Source of the DNA: Candidatus Aenigmatarchaeota archaeon
GTDB taxonomy: Archaea; EX4484-52
NCBI GenBank assembly: GCA_023137195.1
Contig: JAGLPV010000005.1
Span: forward strand, 1 to 63,711
DNA: 63,711 bases
Reading direction: 5' to 3'
The position numbers were made by a program, and so were the translations under genes. The first letter of the stretch is position 1. Each line of letters opens with the position of its first letter. Under the pieces are notes generated by a model. The model worked only from the letters and a program-made list of their open reading frames with translations. It had not been told where the DNA came from and ran no database searches. This document shows, in pieces, positions 18,933-29,333 of the stretch.

Positions 18933-19589
18933 CTACATACCACTCAAATACAGAAGTATCTTCTGACCGAAATGCAGGAACAAAAGATAATTCAAATAAA
19001 CATGAGTGCAATAAAATATGATTCTTTTGAACATATCCATTCTCCCGAGTGTAATCCTGTATATCACATCAAAAATAACATCATACAATGCTGCAAGCAA
19101 AAAGCCGAACATGGCAAGAGACATATATATTTCATAAGGAAAGATACCGGCAACAACAGCAACAACCACAGCAGAGATAATAGAAACAAAAGCCCATCTT
19201 CTCTTGATTTCTTCAGATATCACCAATGTCATCAATATTGAAAAAAAGCCGAATATTGCCCCAAAAACAGGACCGTATGCAATTGAAAAACAGGCATTGA
19301 ACAGGGTGACTAATTCAAACCCGATCTTAAAAGGAATGAATTTCTGGAATAAACGGGATAATGCTACCAGAACCAGCGCAGCAATTACAAATAGCCATTT
19401 TGAAAAAACACACAACAAAATCAGGAATATTAGAACAAACAAAAGCTTAATCTTATTTTCCTTTCCTTTTTTAATCAGGGAAACTATTTTTTCTAATTTA
19501 AAGGATTGTTTCTTTGTTTCAATATGCTCTTCACCCAAAGAACATTTTCTTAAAATAAATTTTATTGCCTTTTTTATTCCTTTTCTCAT
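18933..19589 (-). CDS. Membrane protein, ECF S-component-like
   Basis: Six TM segments, YGPVFGAIFG motif. Confidence 0.5.
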   Translation of the reverse strand: MRKGIKKAIKFILRKCSLGEEHIETKKQSFKLEKIVSLIKKGKENKIKLLFVLIFLILLCVFSKWLFVIAALVLVALSRLFQKFIPFKIGFELVTLFNACFSIAYGPVFGAIFGFFSILMTLVISEEIKRRWAFVSIISAVVVAVVAGIFPYEIYMSLAMFGFLLAALYDVIFDVIYRITLGRMDMFKRIIFYCTHVYLNYLLFLHFGQKILLYLSGM

Positions 19590-19609
19590 AGAAAAAAATA
19601 AAGAATTTA

Positions 19610-19885
19610 TTATTTCTTAATTCCTACAACACTTATAAAAAACTGTTTTTTGCACATTGTTCCAAATTCGCTATTAGATAGTGGTATTGACTCTATATTT
19701 AAGGAAGAAGACAATTTTTTATAATAGTTTAATTCATCAACTGCTTCTTTCGGACAATTACTGCAATAATAAACATCAGACAATCCGCCCAATTTAATCG
19801 ACATCAATACTTTGTTCAATCCAATGATAACCTGATTCTCTGCCAATGCTTGTTTTATTTTGGATGTATATTTTTCGTCAGCCAT
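19610..19885 (-). CDS. rpl30e: 50S ribosomal protein L30e
   Basis: VIIG...V...I, CSNCP, LG..C.K.F.ISVVGI-like C-terminus. Confidence 0.8.
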   Translation of the reverse strand: MADEKYTSKIKQALAENQVIIGLNKVLMSIKLGGLSDVYYCSNCPKEAVDELNYYKKLSSSLNIESIPLSNSEFGTMCKKQFFISVVGIKK

Positions 19886-19968
19886 ACACAATTAAATAAG
19901 AAACTTATTTAAATATAACGGAGAATTAAAAACTAATTAATAATCGATAAATTAAATGTGATGATATT

Positions 19969-21171
19969 ATGGTGGCAAAAAAAACAAAAAAAGCAGTAAA
20001 AAAAACAGATAAAGCTAAAGTTACAAAAAAAACTACAAACAAGGCAGTTAAAAAAGAAGAAATTAACTCAACAGAAAAAACATCCCAAAAAAGTTCTGGA
20101 AAGAAATGTTCTTCAGATTCTTCAAATACAGGCAATATGTGTAAAACAGAGGCAATATATCTTGCAGCAGGTGTTGTTATAGGTATTTTAATAATGTTTG
20201 CATATACGCAAATAAACCCGACTCCTGTTGATAGTCCCAGTAACAATTACTTATCCTTAAGCGAAGCTGAAGCTGTTGTGTTAGATGTCGTAAAGATGGA
20301 TCCCAACCTGGAAATGTTAAATGTAACTCCTTCTATTATCAATTCAAGTGAATCAAACGGGATGTATTCTGTTAATGTAAAACTATCCGGTCCACAGGGA
20401 GACACAACATTCAACTCTTACATAACTAAAGACGGAAAAGTACTTTTCCCCAAGGGAATAAATGTAGAAGAGTACAAGCAGTTGATTGAACAAGTTAAAG
20501 AAGAGGAATTAAAAGAAGCAGTAGAAGATAATACCGACGATTCATCAAATGAAATAACAGGTAATGTAATCAAACAGTCGACTAACCCTCAATTAGAAGC
20601 CTATGTAGTTTCAAGATGCCCTTTCGGCGTACAGATGCAGAGAATCATGGCAGAAATAATCAAGGAAATTCCTGAAGCAGCAGACAGTATGAATGTAAGA
20701 TACATGGGTGCTGTAGTTGATGATAAAATAACAGCTATGCACGGAGATGTAGAAGCACAGGAAAATCTAAGGCAAATCTGCTTGAGAGAAGAACAGGCAG
20801 ACAAATACTGGCTATATGTTTCATGCTACATGAAAGAAGGAAAAACCGACGAATGCCTGACATCAACCAATGTAGATGCAGACAAACTAAACACATGCAT
20901 GACAGACACTTCAAAAGGTCTTGTTTACGCACAGGTTGACTTTGATTTGAATGAGAAGTATGGCGTAACCGGTTCACCAACTCTAATAATGAATGATGAA
21001 CGAGTAAGCGAATTCGACTTCGGTGGCAGGACAGCAGAAGCAGTAAAATCAGTCTTATGTGAAGGATTTACAACCAAACCAAATTACTGTTCCACAACAC
21101 TTACCGAAGAAAGTGCAGCAGCAAGTCTTTCGCCAACATATTCTGGTGCTTCAAGTTCAGGCAGTTGTTAA
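19969..21171 (+). CDS. Membrane-anchored thioredoxin/DsbA-like protein with a Lys-rich N-terminal tail
   Basis: K-rich N-terminus, one TM, SRCPFG, YGVTGSPTLI; several Cys pairs. Confidence 0.6.
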   Translation: MVAKKTKKAVKKTDKAKVTKKTTNKAVKKEEINSTEKTSQKSSGKKCSSDSSNTGNMCKTEAIYLAAGVVIGILIMFAYTQINPTPVDSPSNNYLSLSEAEAVVLDVVKMDPNLEMLNVTPSIINSSESNGMYSVNVKLSGPQGDTTFNSYITKDGKVLFPKGINVEEYKQLIEQVKEEELKEAVEDNTDDSSNEITGNVIKQSTNPQLEAYVVSRCPFGVQMQRIMAEIIKEIPEAADSMNVRYMGAVVDDKITAMHGDVEAQENLRQICLREEQADKYWLYVSCYMKEGKTDECLTSTNVDADKLNTCMTDTSKGLVYAQVDFDLNEKYGVTGSPTLIMNDERVSEFDFGGRTAEAVKSVLCEGFTTKPNYCSTTLTEESAAASLSPTYSGASSSGSC

Positions 21172-21197
21172 ATAAAAGAATTTTCTTTTAATTAAAT

Positions 21198-22358
21198 ATG
21201 GATGAACTCTCCGCAGAATCATTAAAACTGCATGAAGAAAAAAAAGGAAAAATTGCAATATCCAATAAATTTGGCGAATTAAAAACAAAGCACGACTTAA
21301 GCATTGCCTACACCCCTGGTGTTGCACAGGCATGCAGAGAAATACACAAAAACAAGGAAGATTCATGGAAATACACAAGCAGAGGAAACCTTGTTGCAGT
21401 AGTCTCTGATGGCACAGCAGTTCTGGGACTTGGAGATATAGGACCGGAAGCGGCAATGCCTGTAATGGAAGGAAAATGCATTTTATTCAAGGAGTTTGCA
21501 GGAGTAGATGCTTTCCCAATATGTCTTGCAACCAAAGACCCAAAAGAAATAATAAATACTGTCAAATTGCTTGAGCCGACATTCGGAGGAATAAATTTAG
21601 AAGATATTTCTGCTCCAAGATGCTTTGAAATAGAAAACAAGCTGAAAGAGATATGCGATATTCCTATTTTTCATGACGACCAGCACGGGACAGCCGTTGT
21701 TGTAATAGCAGCCCTAATCAATGCATTGAAAATCGTTGATAAAAAAATAGAGGATTTGACGATAGTAATAAGTGGAGCCGGCGCCGCGGGGATGGCAGTT
21801 GCAAAAATGCTAATATCTGCAAACGCAGGAGATTTAATATTGTGCGACCGCATGGGGATTATCCACAAAGACAGGGATGATATGAACTGGGCAAAAAAAG
21901 AGATTTCATTAATTACAAACAAGACAAACAGGAAAGGTTCGCTAAAAGATGCAATGGAAAATTCAGATGTTTTTATCGGCGTCTCTGCACCAGGCATCGT
22001 CAGTGAAGAGATGGTGCAATCAATGAACAAAGATGCTATTTTGTTTGCAATGGCAAACCCAATTCCTGAGATTATGCCTGATTTGGCAAAAAAAGCAGGA
22101 GCAAGAATTGTGGGAACTGGCAGGAGCGACTTTGCGAACCAGATAAACAATGTATTGGCATTTCCCGGGATTTTTAGGGGAGTATTTGATGCAAAAGCAA
22201 AGGAGATAACAGAGGATATGAAACTCGCAGCAGCTCATGCTATAGCAGAAACTATTTCCGACAATGAACTCAATGAAGAAAATATAATCCCTCCTCCTCT
22301 AGACAAGAGTGTTGCAAAAAGAGTTTCTGAGGCAGTGAAGAAAGCAGCGAATAGTTAA
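21198..22358 (+). CDS. NAD(P)-dependent malic enzyme
   Basis: LSIAYTPGVA, GTAVLGLG.IG, INLEDI, FHDDQHGTA, GAGAAG, AMANP.PE, QINN.LAFPG. Confidence 0.96.
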   Translation: MDELSAESLKLHEEKKGKIAISNKFGELKTKHDLSIAYTPGVAQACREIHKNKEDSWKYTSRGNLVAVVSDGTAVLGLGDIGPEAAMPVMEGKCILFKEFAGVDAFPICLATKDPKEIINTVKLLEPTFGGINLEDISAPRCFEIENKLKEICDIPIFHDDQHGTAVVVIAALINALKIVDKKIEDLTIVISGAGAAGMAVAKMLISANAGDLILCDRMGIIHKDRDDMNWAKKEISLITNKTNRKGSLKDAMENSDVFIGVSAPGIVSEEMVQSMNKDAILFAMANPIPEIMPDLAKKAGARIVGTGRSDFANQINNVLAFPGIFRGVFDAKAKEITEDMKLAAAHAIAETISDNELNEENIIPPPLDKSVAKRVSEAVKKAANS

Positions 22359-22473
22359 TTAACATTTAGGGAATTAGATAAATAAGTATATAAGTATTTA
22401 CTACGAATATATAATTGTAAACAAGCAGAAATTATTATACGGTTCTGCTGATTGAATAAAAAAGGAACTCTCT

Positions 22474-25400
22474 ATGAAATACAAAACAGGATTTTTTAGT
22501 CTAAAAAATGCAACTTGTATCTTTGTATTTTTTACTGCTCTTTTTTTTATTAGTAACATTGTCTATGCAGTAATAGAAGTTGTTGAAAGTACAAATAGTC
22601 TGGGTTATTATTCTTCAATTGCAATAGATTCTAATGATAAGGTGCATATAAGTCATCATGATTACTCAAATGGTAATTTGCGATACTGCAACAATACAAA
22701 CGGCGGGTGGTCATGCAATGATATTGAAACAGTAGGTAATGTTGGACTATATACTTCAATTGCAATAGATTCTAATGACAAGGTGCATATAAGTCATCAA
22801 AAATATGTTCATTTGGCGAGTGAGTTGAGATACTGCACCAATGCCGGTGGCTCATGGACTTGTAGCACGGTTGATTCCTTAATTGATGTTGGACGACATT
22901 CTTCAATAGCAATAGACTCCAACGGCAAGGTGCATATAAGCCATAATTCTCATATCGCTCCAAATGCAGGTTTACGATACTGCACCAATGCCGGTGGCTC
23001 ATGGACTTGCAATGAAATAGATGCGGCTTATAGATCAGGGTACTATTCTTCAATAGCAATAGACTCCAATAATAAAGTGCATATAAGTCATCGTTATGAT
23101 GATTCAAGTGAGAAGGATTTGCGATACTGCACCAATGCTGGTGGTGGATGGTCATGCAGTACTATAGATAGTATAGGCGATGTTGGTCATTATTCTTCAA
23201 TTGCAATAGATTCTAATGATAAAGTGCATATAAGTTATTCTGATGGAGGAAACAGGGATTTAAAATACTGCAACAATCTCGGTGGTGGATTTGTATGTAG
23301 TGCTGTTGAAACTATAAATAGTGTTGGACGCTCTTCTTCAATAGCAATAGATTCTGAGAATAATGTGCATATAAGCCATAGTGATTCCACAAATAGTGAT
23401 TTGCGATACTGCAGTACAACGGATTATTCTACGTGGAACTGTGAAATTATACATGATTTGACTAGCTATGATTTTGGTGTTTATGGCGGTCGCGGCATAG
23501 CAATAAAAAAAGGCAGGATTGTTGATTCAACCTCCTTTTCAAACGATATTCACCTTTCGTATATGGATGATGCATCTTGGGATTTATACTACGCCAAACT
23601 CGTAAATTATGCTTATTCTTTTTATGTATCTGACTGTTCTGTCCTGAGTGAATCAGGCACATATTATTTGACTCAAAATATACTTGGTTCCTCAACTGAT
23701 CATTGTATAGACATAACTGCAAATAATGTAATTCTTGATTGCCAGGGACATACAATTGAAGGAGATGATGTAGCAGATTACGGAATTTATATACACAGAA
23801 CTTTCTCAGAAACAACAAACATAACCCTAAAAAATTGTGTGCTTACGCACTGGGATACAGCAAATGTTTATTTATATCATGCAAACGATAATAATTTGGA
23901 AAATCTAAATTCCACTTCATCTCCGGATAATGGCTTCCATATCTACTATTCAAATTCCAACAATCTTACAAACATCACAGCGAATTCTAATGTTCGTGGT
24001 ATATATATGGAGTATTCAGACTCCAATAATATCACCAACTCCACAGCTAATTCCAATAATGTCGGCTTCTATTTTGTCCATTCAAATTTCAATACTGCTA
24101 AAAACAACACAGCGAATTCCTGTTTTGAATCCGGTTTCTATATTTCTGATTCAGACTCCAATATTATTACCCGCTCCACAGCCACTTCCAATACTCAACA
24201 TGGTTTCTCTTTTTTCTCCTCTTCTTCAAATAATCTAATGGATTTTACTGCAAATTCCAATAATGAATATGGAATTCAAATATCCTACGATTCAGACAAC
24301 AATATAATTGCAGATTCATTAATATATAATAATACTGAGGGGGGACTTTTTTTAGACAAATGGGGCTTAAACACACCTGATGAGAATAAGATATACAACA
24401 ACTTATTCAACAACTCATTGAAGAACATTGATGTAGATGGAGGAATGTCAAATGTTAATTATTTAAATACGACAAAACAAACAGGGCTTAATATATTTGA
24501 TTCAAATAACCCTTATATTGGCGGCAATTATTACACAGATTTAACAGGAACTGGGTTTTCTGAGACCTGCGCAGATTTAAATACTGATGGATTCTGTGAC
24601 AACAAGCGTATTTTAACAGCAATAGGGAATTCTGTGGCAGAGGATCATCTTCCTTTAAGCAATAAATATACTACTGCTTTATTCATTATAACTTCAAACA
24701 CTCCGTTAAATGAAACAACATCTTCCGACAATACTCCAAATTTTGATTTTGCGACCACAGGAAGTAAAAATTATTATTCCTGCGAGTTGTTTATTGATAA
24801 TATTGGTTTTGGAATAAATGATTCTGTTTTAAACAACACACCCACAACAATCACAGCAAATCCAACACTTATAGATGGAACTTACGATTGGTACATAAAC
24901 TGCTCTTTTGGAGGTGTTACAAACCAGTCAGAAATCAGGGAAATAACAATAACTGCACCTACTCCGTGCACAGATGAATACGACTGCAATCTTTGCCAGA
25001 AATGCATTTTAAATACTTGCACAGACCAATCAAGCAGCGAAGACCTAAAAAATGAATGCCCTAATTACTGCGATGGTTCAGGTTCATGCACTCCGCTGGG
25101 AGCCGGAGATTGCGGCGTAACGCCAGACGGGAAAAACATCAGCATTGCCAGCAAATACAATATTTCCGGACTTTTCAAATGCGAAAAAATAAACTTAAGC
25201 GAGTATTACTCTGACTGTACGGGCAGTGAAACAACAATATACTGGTGGAACGGAACCAACTGGAAGAAAAAGATACCTATTGGCTGCGAATGCAACTTAA
25301 ACACAGAATGCCAAAGTAGATTCTGTTATTATGGAGTTTGCAATGAGCCAATAAATACTTATCCAACAGTCTTATTTATAAACAGGACAATAACTGCTCC

Positions 25401-25824
25401 AAAAGATTTCACAATCAAAAACATAATCGAAATAAACAATACATTAAACATAGATGATGTCTTCGACATTGAAATCGGCTACGACGGCACAAATGAAGCG
25501 CATACAATATGGCAGTTCTCCTACATAGAAGGAGAACAAAACGACAACGAGGATAAATCCGCCCAATACAATATAAAGGCGAATAGTGTAAAAAGAATCA
25601 TGCTTGTTTCAAAAGGCATTGATGATATGACTGAAGGGAATCTTACTGTGATTGTTACATCGCATACAACAGGATTTTCTGCGGAAGATACTGCAAAATA
25701 TACTATTACTACCTTCGATGAAATGGCGTATTATCTCGAGAAAAACACACCAGATATTAGTTCTATTGGTTTTGTATTGATTGCCTTGTTTGCATCGACA
25801 TTAAATAAAAAGAAAAAGAAGTAA
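22474..25824 (+). CDS. Large cell-surface protein: beta-propeller repeats, NosD/CASH beta-helix, Ig-like and Cys-rich regions, C-terminal TM plus poly-Lys
   Basis: Signal peptide; six SSIAIDSN.KVHISH...LRYC...W.C repeats; N..TAN.N..G repeats; ends TPDISSIGFVLIALFASTLNKKKKK. Confidence 0.85.
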   Translation: MKYKTGFFSLKNATCIFVFFTALFFISNIVYAVIEVVESTNSLGYYSSIAIDSNDKVHISHHDYSNGNLRYCNNTNGGWSCNDIETVGNVGLYTSIAIDSNDKVHISHQKYVHLASELRYCTNAGGSWTCSTVDSLIDVGRHSSIAIDSNGKVHISHNSHIAPNAGLRYCTNAGGSWTCNEIDAAYRSGYYSSIAIDSNNKVHISHRYDDSSEKDLRYCTNAGGGWSCSTIDSIGDVGHYSSIAIDSNDKVHISYSDGGNRDLKYCNNLGGGFVCSAVETINSVGRSSSIAIDSENNVHISHSDSTNSDLRYCSTTDYSTWNCEIIHDLTSYDFGVYGGRGIAIKKGRIVDSTSFSNDIHLSYMDDASWDLYYAKLVNYAYSFYVSDCSVLSESGTYYLTQNILGSSTDHCIDITANNVILDCQGHTIEGDDVADYGIYIHRTFSETTNITLKNCVLTHWDTANVYLYHANDNNLENLNSTSSPDNGFHIYYSNSNNLTNITANSNVRGIYMEYSDSNNITNSTANSNNVGFYFVHSNFNTAKNNTANSCFESGFYISDSDSNIITRSTATSNTQHGFSFFSSSSNNLMDFTANSNNEYGIQISYDSDNNIIADSLIYNNTEGGLFLDKWGLNTPDENKIYNNLFNNSLKNIDVDGGMSNVNYLNTTKQTGLNIFDSNNPYIGGNYYTDLTGTGFSETCADLNTDGFCDNKRILTAIGNSVAEDHLPLSNKYTTALFIITSNTPLNETTSSDNTPNFDFATTGSKNYYSCELFIDNIGFGINDSVLNNTPTTITANPTLIDGTYDWYINCSFGGVTNQSEIREITITAPTPCTDEYDCNLCQKCILNTCTDQSSSEDLKNECPNYCDGSGSCTPLGAGDCGVTPDGKNISIASKYNISGLFKCEKINLSEYYSDCTGSETTIYWWNGTNWKKKIPIGCECNLNTECQSRFCYYGVCNEPINTYPTVLFINRTITAPKDFTIKNIIEINNTLNIDDVFDIEIGYDGTNEAHTIWQFSYIEGEQNDNEDKSAQYNIKANSVKRIMLVSKGIDDMTEGNLTVIVTSHTTGFSAEDTAKYTITTFDEMAYYLEKNTPDISSIGFVLIALFASTLNKKKKK

Positions 25825-25843
25825 AGTATTACAAAAACTTAAC

Positions 25844-26458
25844 TTATATTTTCATCCACTCTGTTTTACCTTTTGTAATCTTTAAAATATCAAATCCCGC
25901 TCCACCACTAAAAACATCTCTTTCACGAGCAGCAGTTAGTGCTTTCTTTGCCAGAGCTACGCCTTCCTCAATGCTCATGTTCTCTTTATAGTCTCCTTCA
26001 AGGACACCGACTGCAATGAGAGAGCCAGACCCACTGAATGTGTACTTGTTTTCTTCTGAAACCCCCCCCGCAATATCTATAGAAAATAATTGCGGTCCTC
26101 TAAAATCATATCCTCCTAAAATCAACTGCACCATTTCCGGCATATAACTCTTGTACGATGAGCGCAGGAGATTTGCAAGAAGAGTTGTAGCTGCCTTTAC
26201 GCTTGCCTTTGGCTGGTTGTATTCGTATAATTTCATTTCTGCCTTTAATAATCTTACTACTGCCTGTGCATCACCTACAGTACCTGCAATAGTCATTGCC
26301 ATATTATCAAGAACCTTGTATATTTTTATTGTCTCCTTGTTAACGATAAGATTTCCTGCAGTTGCCTTGTTGTCTGCCGCAAGAAGAAGTCCGTCTTTAC
26401 AGATAATACCCATTGTTGTAGTGCCTGTCTGTTTTTTATTCATATTATTTGAATCCAT
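25844..26458 (-). CDS. psmB: Proteasome subunit beta
   Basis: Propeptide then G|TTT, AADNKAT, GTVGDAQ, SGSGS, RD..SG. Confidence 0.95.
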   Translation of the reverse strand: MDSNNMNKKQTGTTTMGIICKDGLLLAADNKATAGNLIVNKETIKIYKVLDNMAMTIAGTVGDAQAVVRLLKAEMKLYEYNQPKASVKAATTLLANLLRSSYKSYMPEMVQLILGGYDFRGPQLFSIDIAGGVSEENKYTFSGSGSLIAVGVLEGDYKENMSIEEGVALAKKALTAARERDVFSGGAGFDILKITKGKTEWMKI

Positions 26459-26508
26459 GTATATAGAATATAATTTAATTTTATAAGATTTATCTATATA
26501 TAATTCAC

Positions 26509-26871
26509 ATGCAATTGAAAATAAAACTTCTTCCACACAAAAAAATATTAGAATTAAAAAGAGGTCACGTTGACTGGAAAATAATAAGAGATTTAAAAAA
26601 CGAGAATATTTTAATTATTGATGAAGAAATAACTCCCTCAGAGCAAAGCATCCTCATAAATGAAATAATGACCAATATTTCTGATGATTTTTCCGGCATA
26701 GAAATTGCATGCTTGGATATTAACAAAGACAAGACCCTTCTTAAAAAACTGCAAAAACTCCTTGTCAGGATAATAAGCGGTAAAAGAAGCGGTATGACAA
26801 TAATAGGACCGGCCAATATCGTCAAAAAAATCAAAAAAAACCCGGAATATTTAGTCGTTTATGTTGAATAA
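26509..26871 (+). CDS. DUF2073/OapB-like protein
   Basis: ILIIDEEITP.E...LI...M..I...FSGIEI...TIIGPAN matches the recalled DUF2073 pattern. Confidence 0.6.
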   Translation: MQLKIKLLPHKKILELKRGHVDWKIIRDLKNENILIIDEEITPSEQSILINEIMTNISDDFSGIEIACLDINKDKTLLKKLQKLLVRIISGKRSGMTIIGPANIVKKIKKNPEYLVVYVE

Positions 26872-26872
26872 A

Positions 26873-28069
26873 CTAAATCAAACTTCTAAATATCGCCTTT
26901 GCAAAAACAGACCATAATTGCGGCTTTTTTAGAAGCGAAACAACTGCAGGAGTTATGCTATCCATATCCCCGTTTTCTTTTATGAATTCAATGATTTTTT
27001 TATTGTTCAGACTTTTTAATACTAAATTCATCTGCCTGTCAGATCGGGAATTTAGAAATGTCCTTGCCAGTTTAAGACGCTTCAACTCAGGTTTTGCTTT
27101 TTTGTTGAATTCGCAAACATAAGTCCCTAAATATTTACTATTGTCCTGTTCAATTGTTTTGTTCAATGCCTTAGCAGCAATTCCGGCACATTTCATCCCC
27201 CATATAACACCACCGCCAGTAGTAGCTTTTACCTGTCCTGCAGCATCACCAACAAGAACAACCCCTTCTTTTACTATTTTACTTCTCAATTCAAAAGGTA
27301 TTAATCCCCCCATTTTTGCGGAAATATTGCTCTTATTGATTTTTTCCTCCCTAATGAATTTGTCCATTAAAAAAACAGGATTTTTTTTTGATGCAAGACC
27401 TATTTCAATTGTATTTTCTCCTGCCCTGGGAATTTTCCATAAAAAGAAGTCAGGAGCTGTTTTTTTGCCGACATAGAGTGCCACATTATTGTTTTTGATG
27501 AATTCTTTATCTTTTGTCGTTTTTGCATCTACAAATATTGCATAACTGTAAAGAGACTCCATTTTTGGGAAAGAAAATGTTTTTGCAACAGTAGATGTCG
27601 CCCCATCACACCCGGCAATGTATTTAGCAACAATAGTTTTTGTCTTGTTTTGTTTTTTGTCAAGAATCTTTATTCTATAGACATCATCAATTTTTTTCGC
27701 ACCCAAAAACGCAGTATTAATCATCATTTTCGCACCAAGAGACTCTGCCTCCTTTGCCAGACGATAATCAAAAAGCGTCCTGTCCACAACATATGCCTGT
27801 ATTTGTTTTGTCTTTATTTCCAGGGGACTTCGCAAGGGCGAATAAAAATCAGCCCCTTTTATTTCCGCAATAATTTCTTTTTTTTGCAGGGTTGCAACAT
27901 CATTTATATTTTTAGAAAATAACCCTGAACATTGCTGGGGCGTACCGGCTTTCGCGTGCTCTTCCAAAATACAAATACGAACATTTTCATTTAATTTCAA
28001 CAATTGGGTTGCCAGAGTCGAACCAACAGGTCCCGCCCCGACTATCACCAAATCATAACTGGTTTTCAT
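26873..28069 (-). CDS. Geranylgeranyl reductase-family flavoprotein
   Basis: GAGPVG, CSGL, DR..FD..LA..A...GA, GDAAG.V...TGGG. Confidence 0.9.
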   Translation of the reverse strand: MKTSYDLVIVGAGPVGSTLATQLLKLNENVRICILEEHAKAGTPQQCSGLFSKNINDVATLQKKEIIAEIKGADFYSPLRSPLEIKTKQIQAYVVDRTLFDYRLAKEAESLGAKMMINTAFLGAKKIDDVYRIKILDKKQNKTKTIVAKYIAGCDGATSTVAKTFSFPKMESLYSYAIFVDAKTTKDKEFIKNNNVALYVGKKTAPDFFLWKIPRAGENTIEIGLASKKNPVFLMDKFIREEKINKSNISAKMGGLIPFELRSKIVKEGVVLVGDAAGQVKATTGGGVIWGMKCAGIAAKALNKTIEQDNSKYLGTYVCEFNKKAKPELKRLKLARTFLNSRSDRQMNLVLKSLNNKKIIEFIKENGDMDSITPAVVSLLKKPQLWSVFAKAIFRSLI

Positions 28070-28118
28070 AGACACAAATACCAAAAGAACTTTAAAAGAT
28101 ATTCTCATATTAAATTAT

Positions 28119-29306
28119 ATGCTAAAAGAAAAACTCCAGTCTATATTTGATCATGCCCTCATTTGCGATGCATGTCTCGGACGTCAGTTTGCAAAGCTGC
28201 TTACACAGACAACAAATGAAGAACGAGGAAAAGCGCTCAGAATGAGCTATGCCCTGTGGCTGGATTCCAATGAAGACTCAAAGAAGGAAAAACCATCCGA
28301 ACACATACTTACTCAAAACATGTCTAATTACACATTCAAAAACAATAAACATCTTTCCTGCCCGACAAACAACAAAGCAAAAGAAACTCCAAAATGCCTT
28401 ATTTGCAATGGTCTGTTTGAAAAAGAGAGCATGGAAAAACTAATAGAACAGGTAAAATATTACATTAATGGAATTGATTTCGACACATTCTCTATGGGCG
28501 CACACTTAAGCGACGAACTATTCAAACAAGAAGAATCTTTATGGGAAGAGACAGGAATAGATTATTGCGAGGCAATTAAAACGCACCTAAACAGAAACAT
28601 TGGAACGCTTCTAAGAAGAGAATTAAACAAACAAGTTAATTTGAAAGATCCTGATTTAAGCATCTTGGTGGATTTCTCGACAAAGCAGATAAAGACAAAG
28701 ACAAAAGCCCTCTATGTCAAAGGATATTGCTCTAAATTCCGGAAAATGGCTCTTCTAAAACAAGTCTGTTATCTTTGCTATGGTCTGGGATGCAGAAAAT
28801 GCGATTACATTGGAAAACCAGAAAAAAGTGTACACGAATTCATTGAACGCCACTTGCTGGTAAAAACACTCGGCATAGAAAGCAAATTTCACACAATCGG
28901 CTTTGAGTCTGCTGACTTTTTATTCAGTGGCAAAAGACCATTTGTAATAGAGATAAAAAACCCCAAAAAAAGAGTATTTGACCTGAAAAAAATAGAAGAA
29001 AAAATCAATAAAAATAAGGAACTATCTGTCTGTAAACTTGAATTTACGACAAGAGAGGATATGATAAAACTAAAATCTAGGGGATATGAAAGAGTCTACG
29101 ACATCAAAATAACCCTGAAAGACAAAAAAAATATCGATAAAATAAAAAGCATTTTGGAGAAAAATAAAATCCATGTACTCAAAGAAAAATCAAGCGCAAA
29201 TAAGCTAGAATTAAAGACAACAGGATATTCACGACAATTAAATGATGGAGAATTAATAGATGACATTATGGTCAATATCACTGAATTTAAGCCAAAAAGA
29301 GCATAA
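28119..29306 (+). CDS. Pus10-like protein (tRNA pseudouridine 54/55 synthase homolog), catalytic motif degenerate
   Basis: CD.CLGRQF, C.IC.G, THUMP-like region, RPFVIEIKNPKKR; GRED.D reads GFESAD. Confidence 0.8.
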   Translation: MLKEKLQSIFDHALICDACLGRQFAKLLTQTTNEERGKALRMSYALWLDSNEDSKKEKPSEHILTQNMSNYTFKNNKHLSCPTNNKAKETPKCLICNGLFEKESMEKLIEQVKYYINGIDFDTFSMGAHLSDELFKQEESLWEETGIDYCEAIKTHLNRNIGTLLRRELNKQVNLKDPDLSILVDFSTKQIKTKTKALYVKGYCSKFRKMALLKQVCYLCYGLGCRKCDYIGKPEKSVHEFIERHLLVKTLGIESKFHTIGFESADFLFSGKRPFVIEIKNPKKRVFDLKKIEEKINKNKELSVCKLEFTTREDMIKLKSRGYERVYDIKITLKDKKNIDKIKSILEKNKIHVLKEKSSANKLELKTTGYSRQLNDGELIDDIMVNITEFKPKRA

Positions 29307-29333
29307 TAAAATTTTCAAATATAATTAGTTACA

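Noticed and set aside
22424-22449. Hairpin AGCAGAA/TTCTGCT as a member of the GTA-N6-GTA family
   Set aside because: It shares a stem with other modules but is only 26 bp with one GTA; too weak to count.
22597-23600. Diversity-generating retroelement acting on the propeller repeats
   Set aside because: Differences between repeats are not adenine-specific, all copies are coding, and no reverse transcriptase is in the window.
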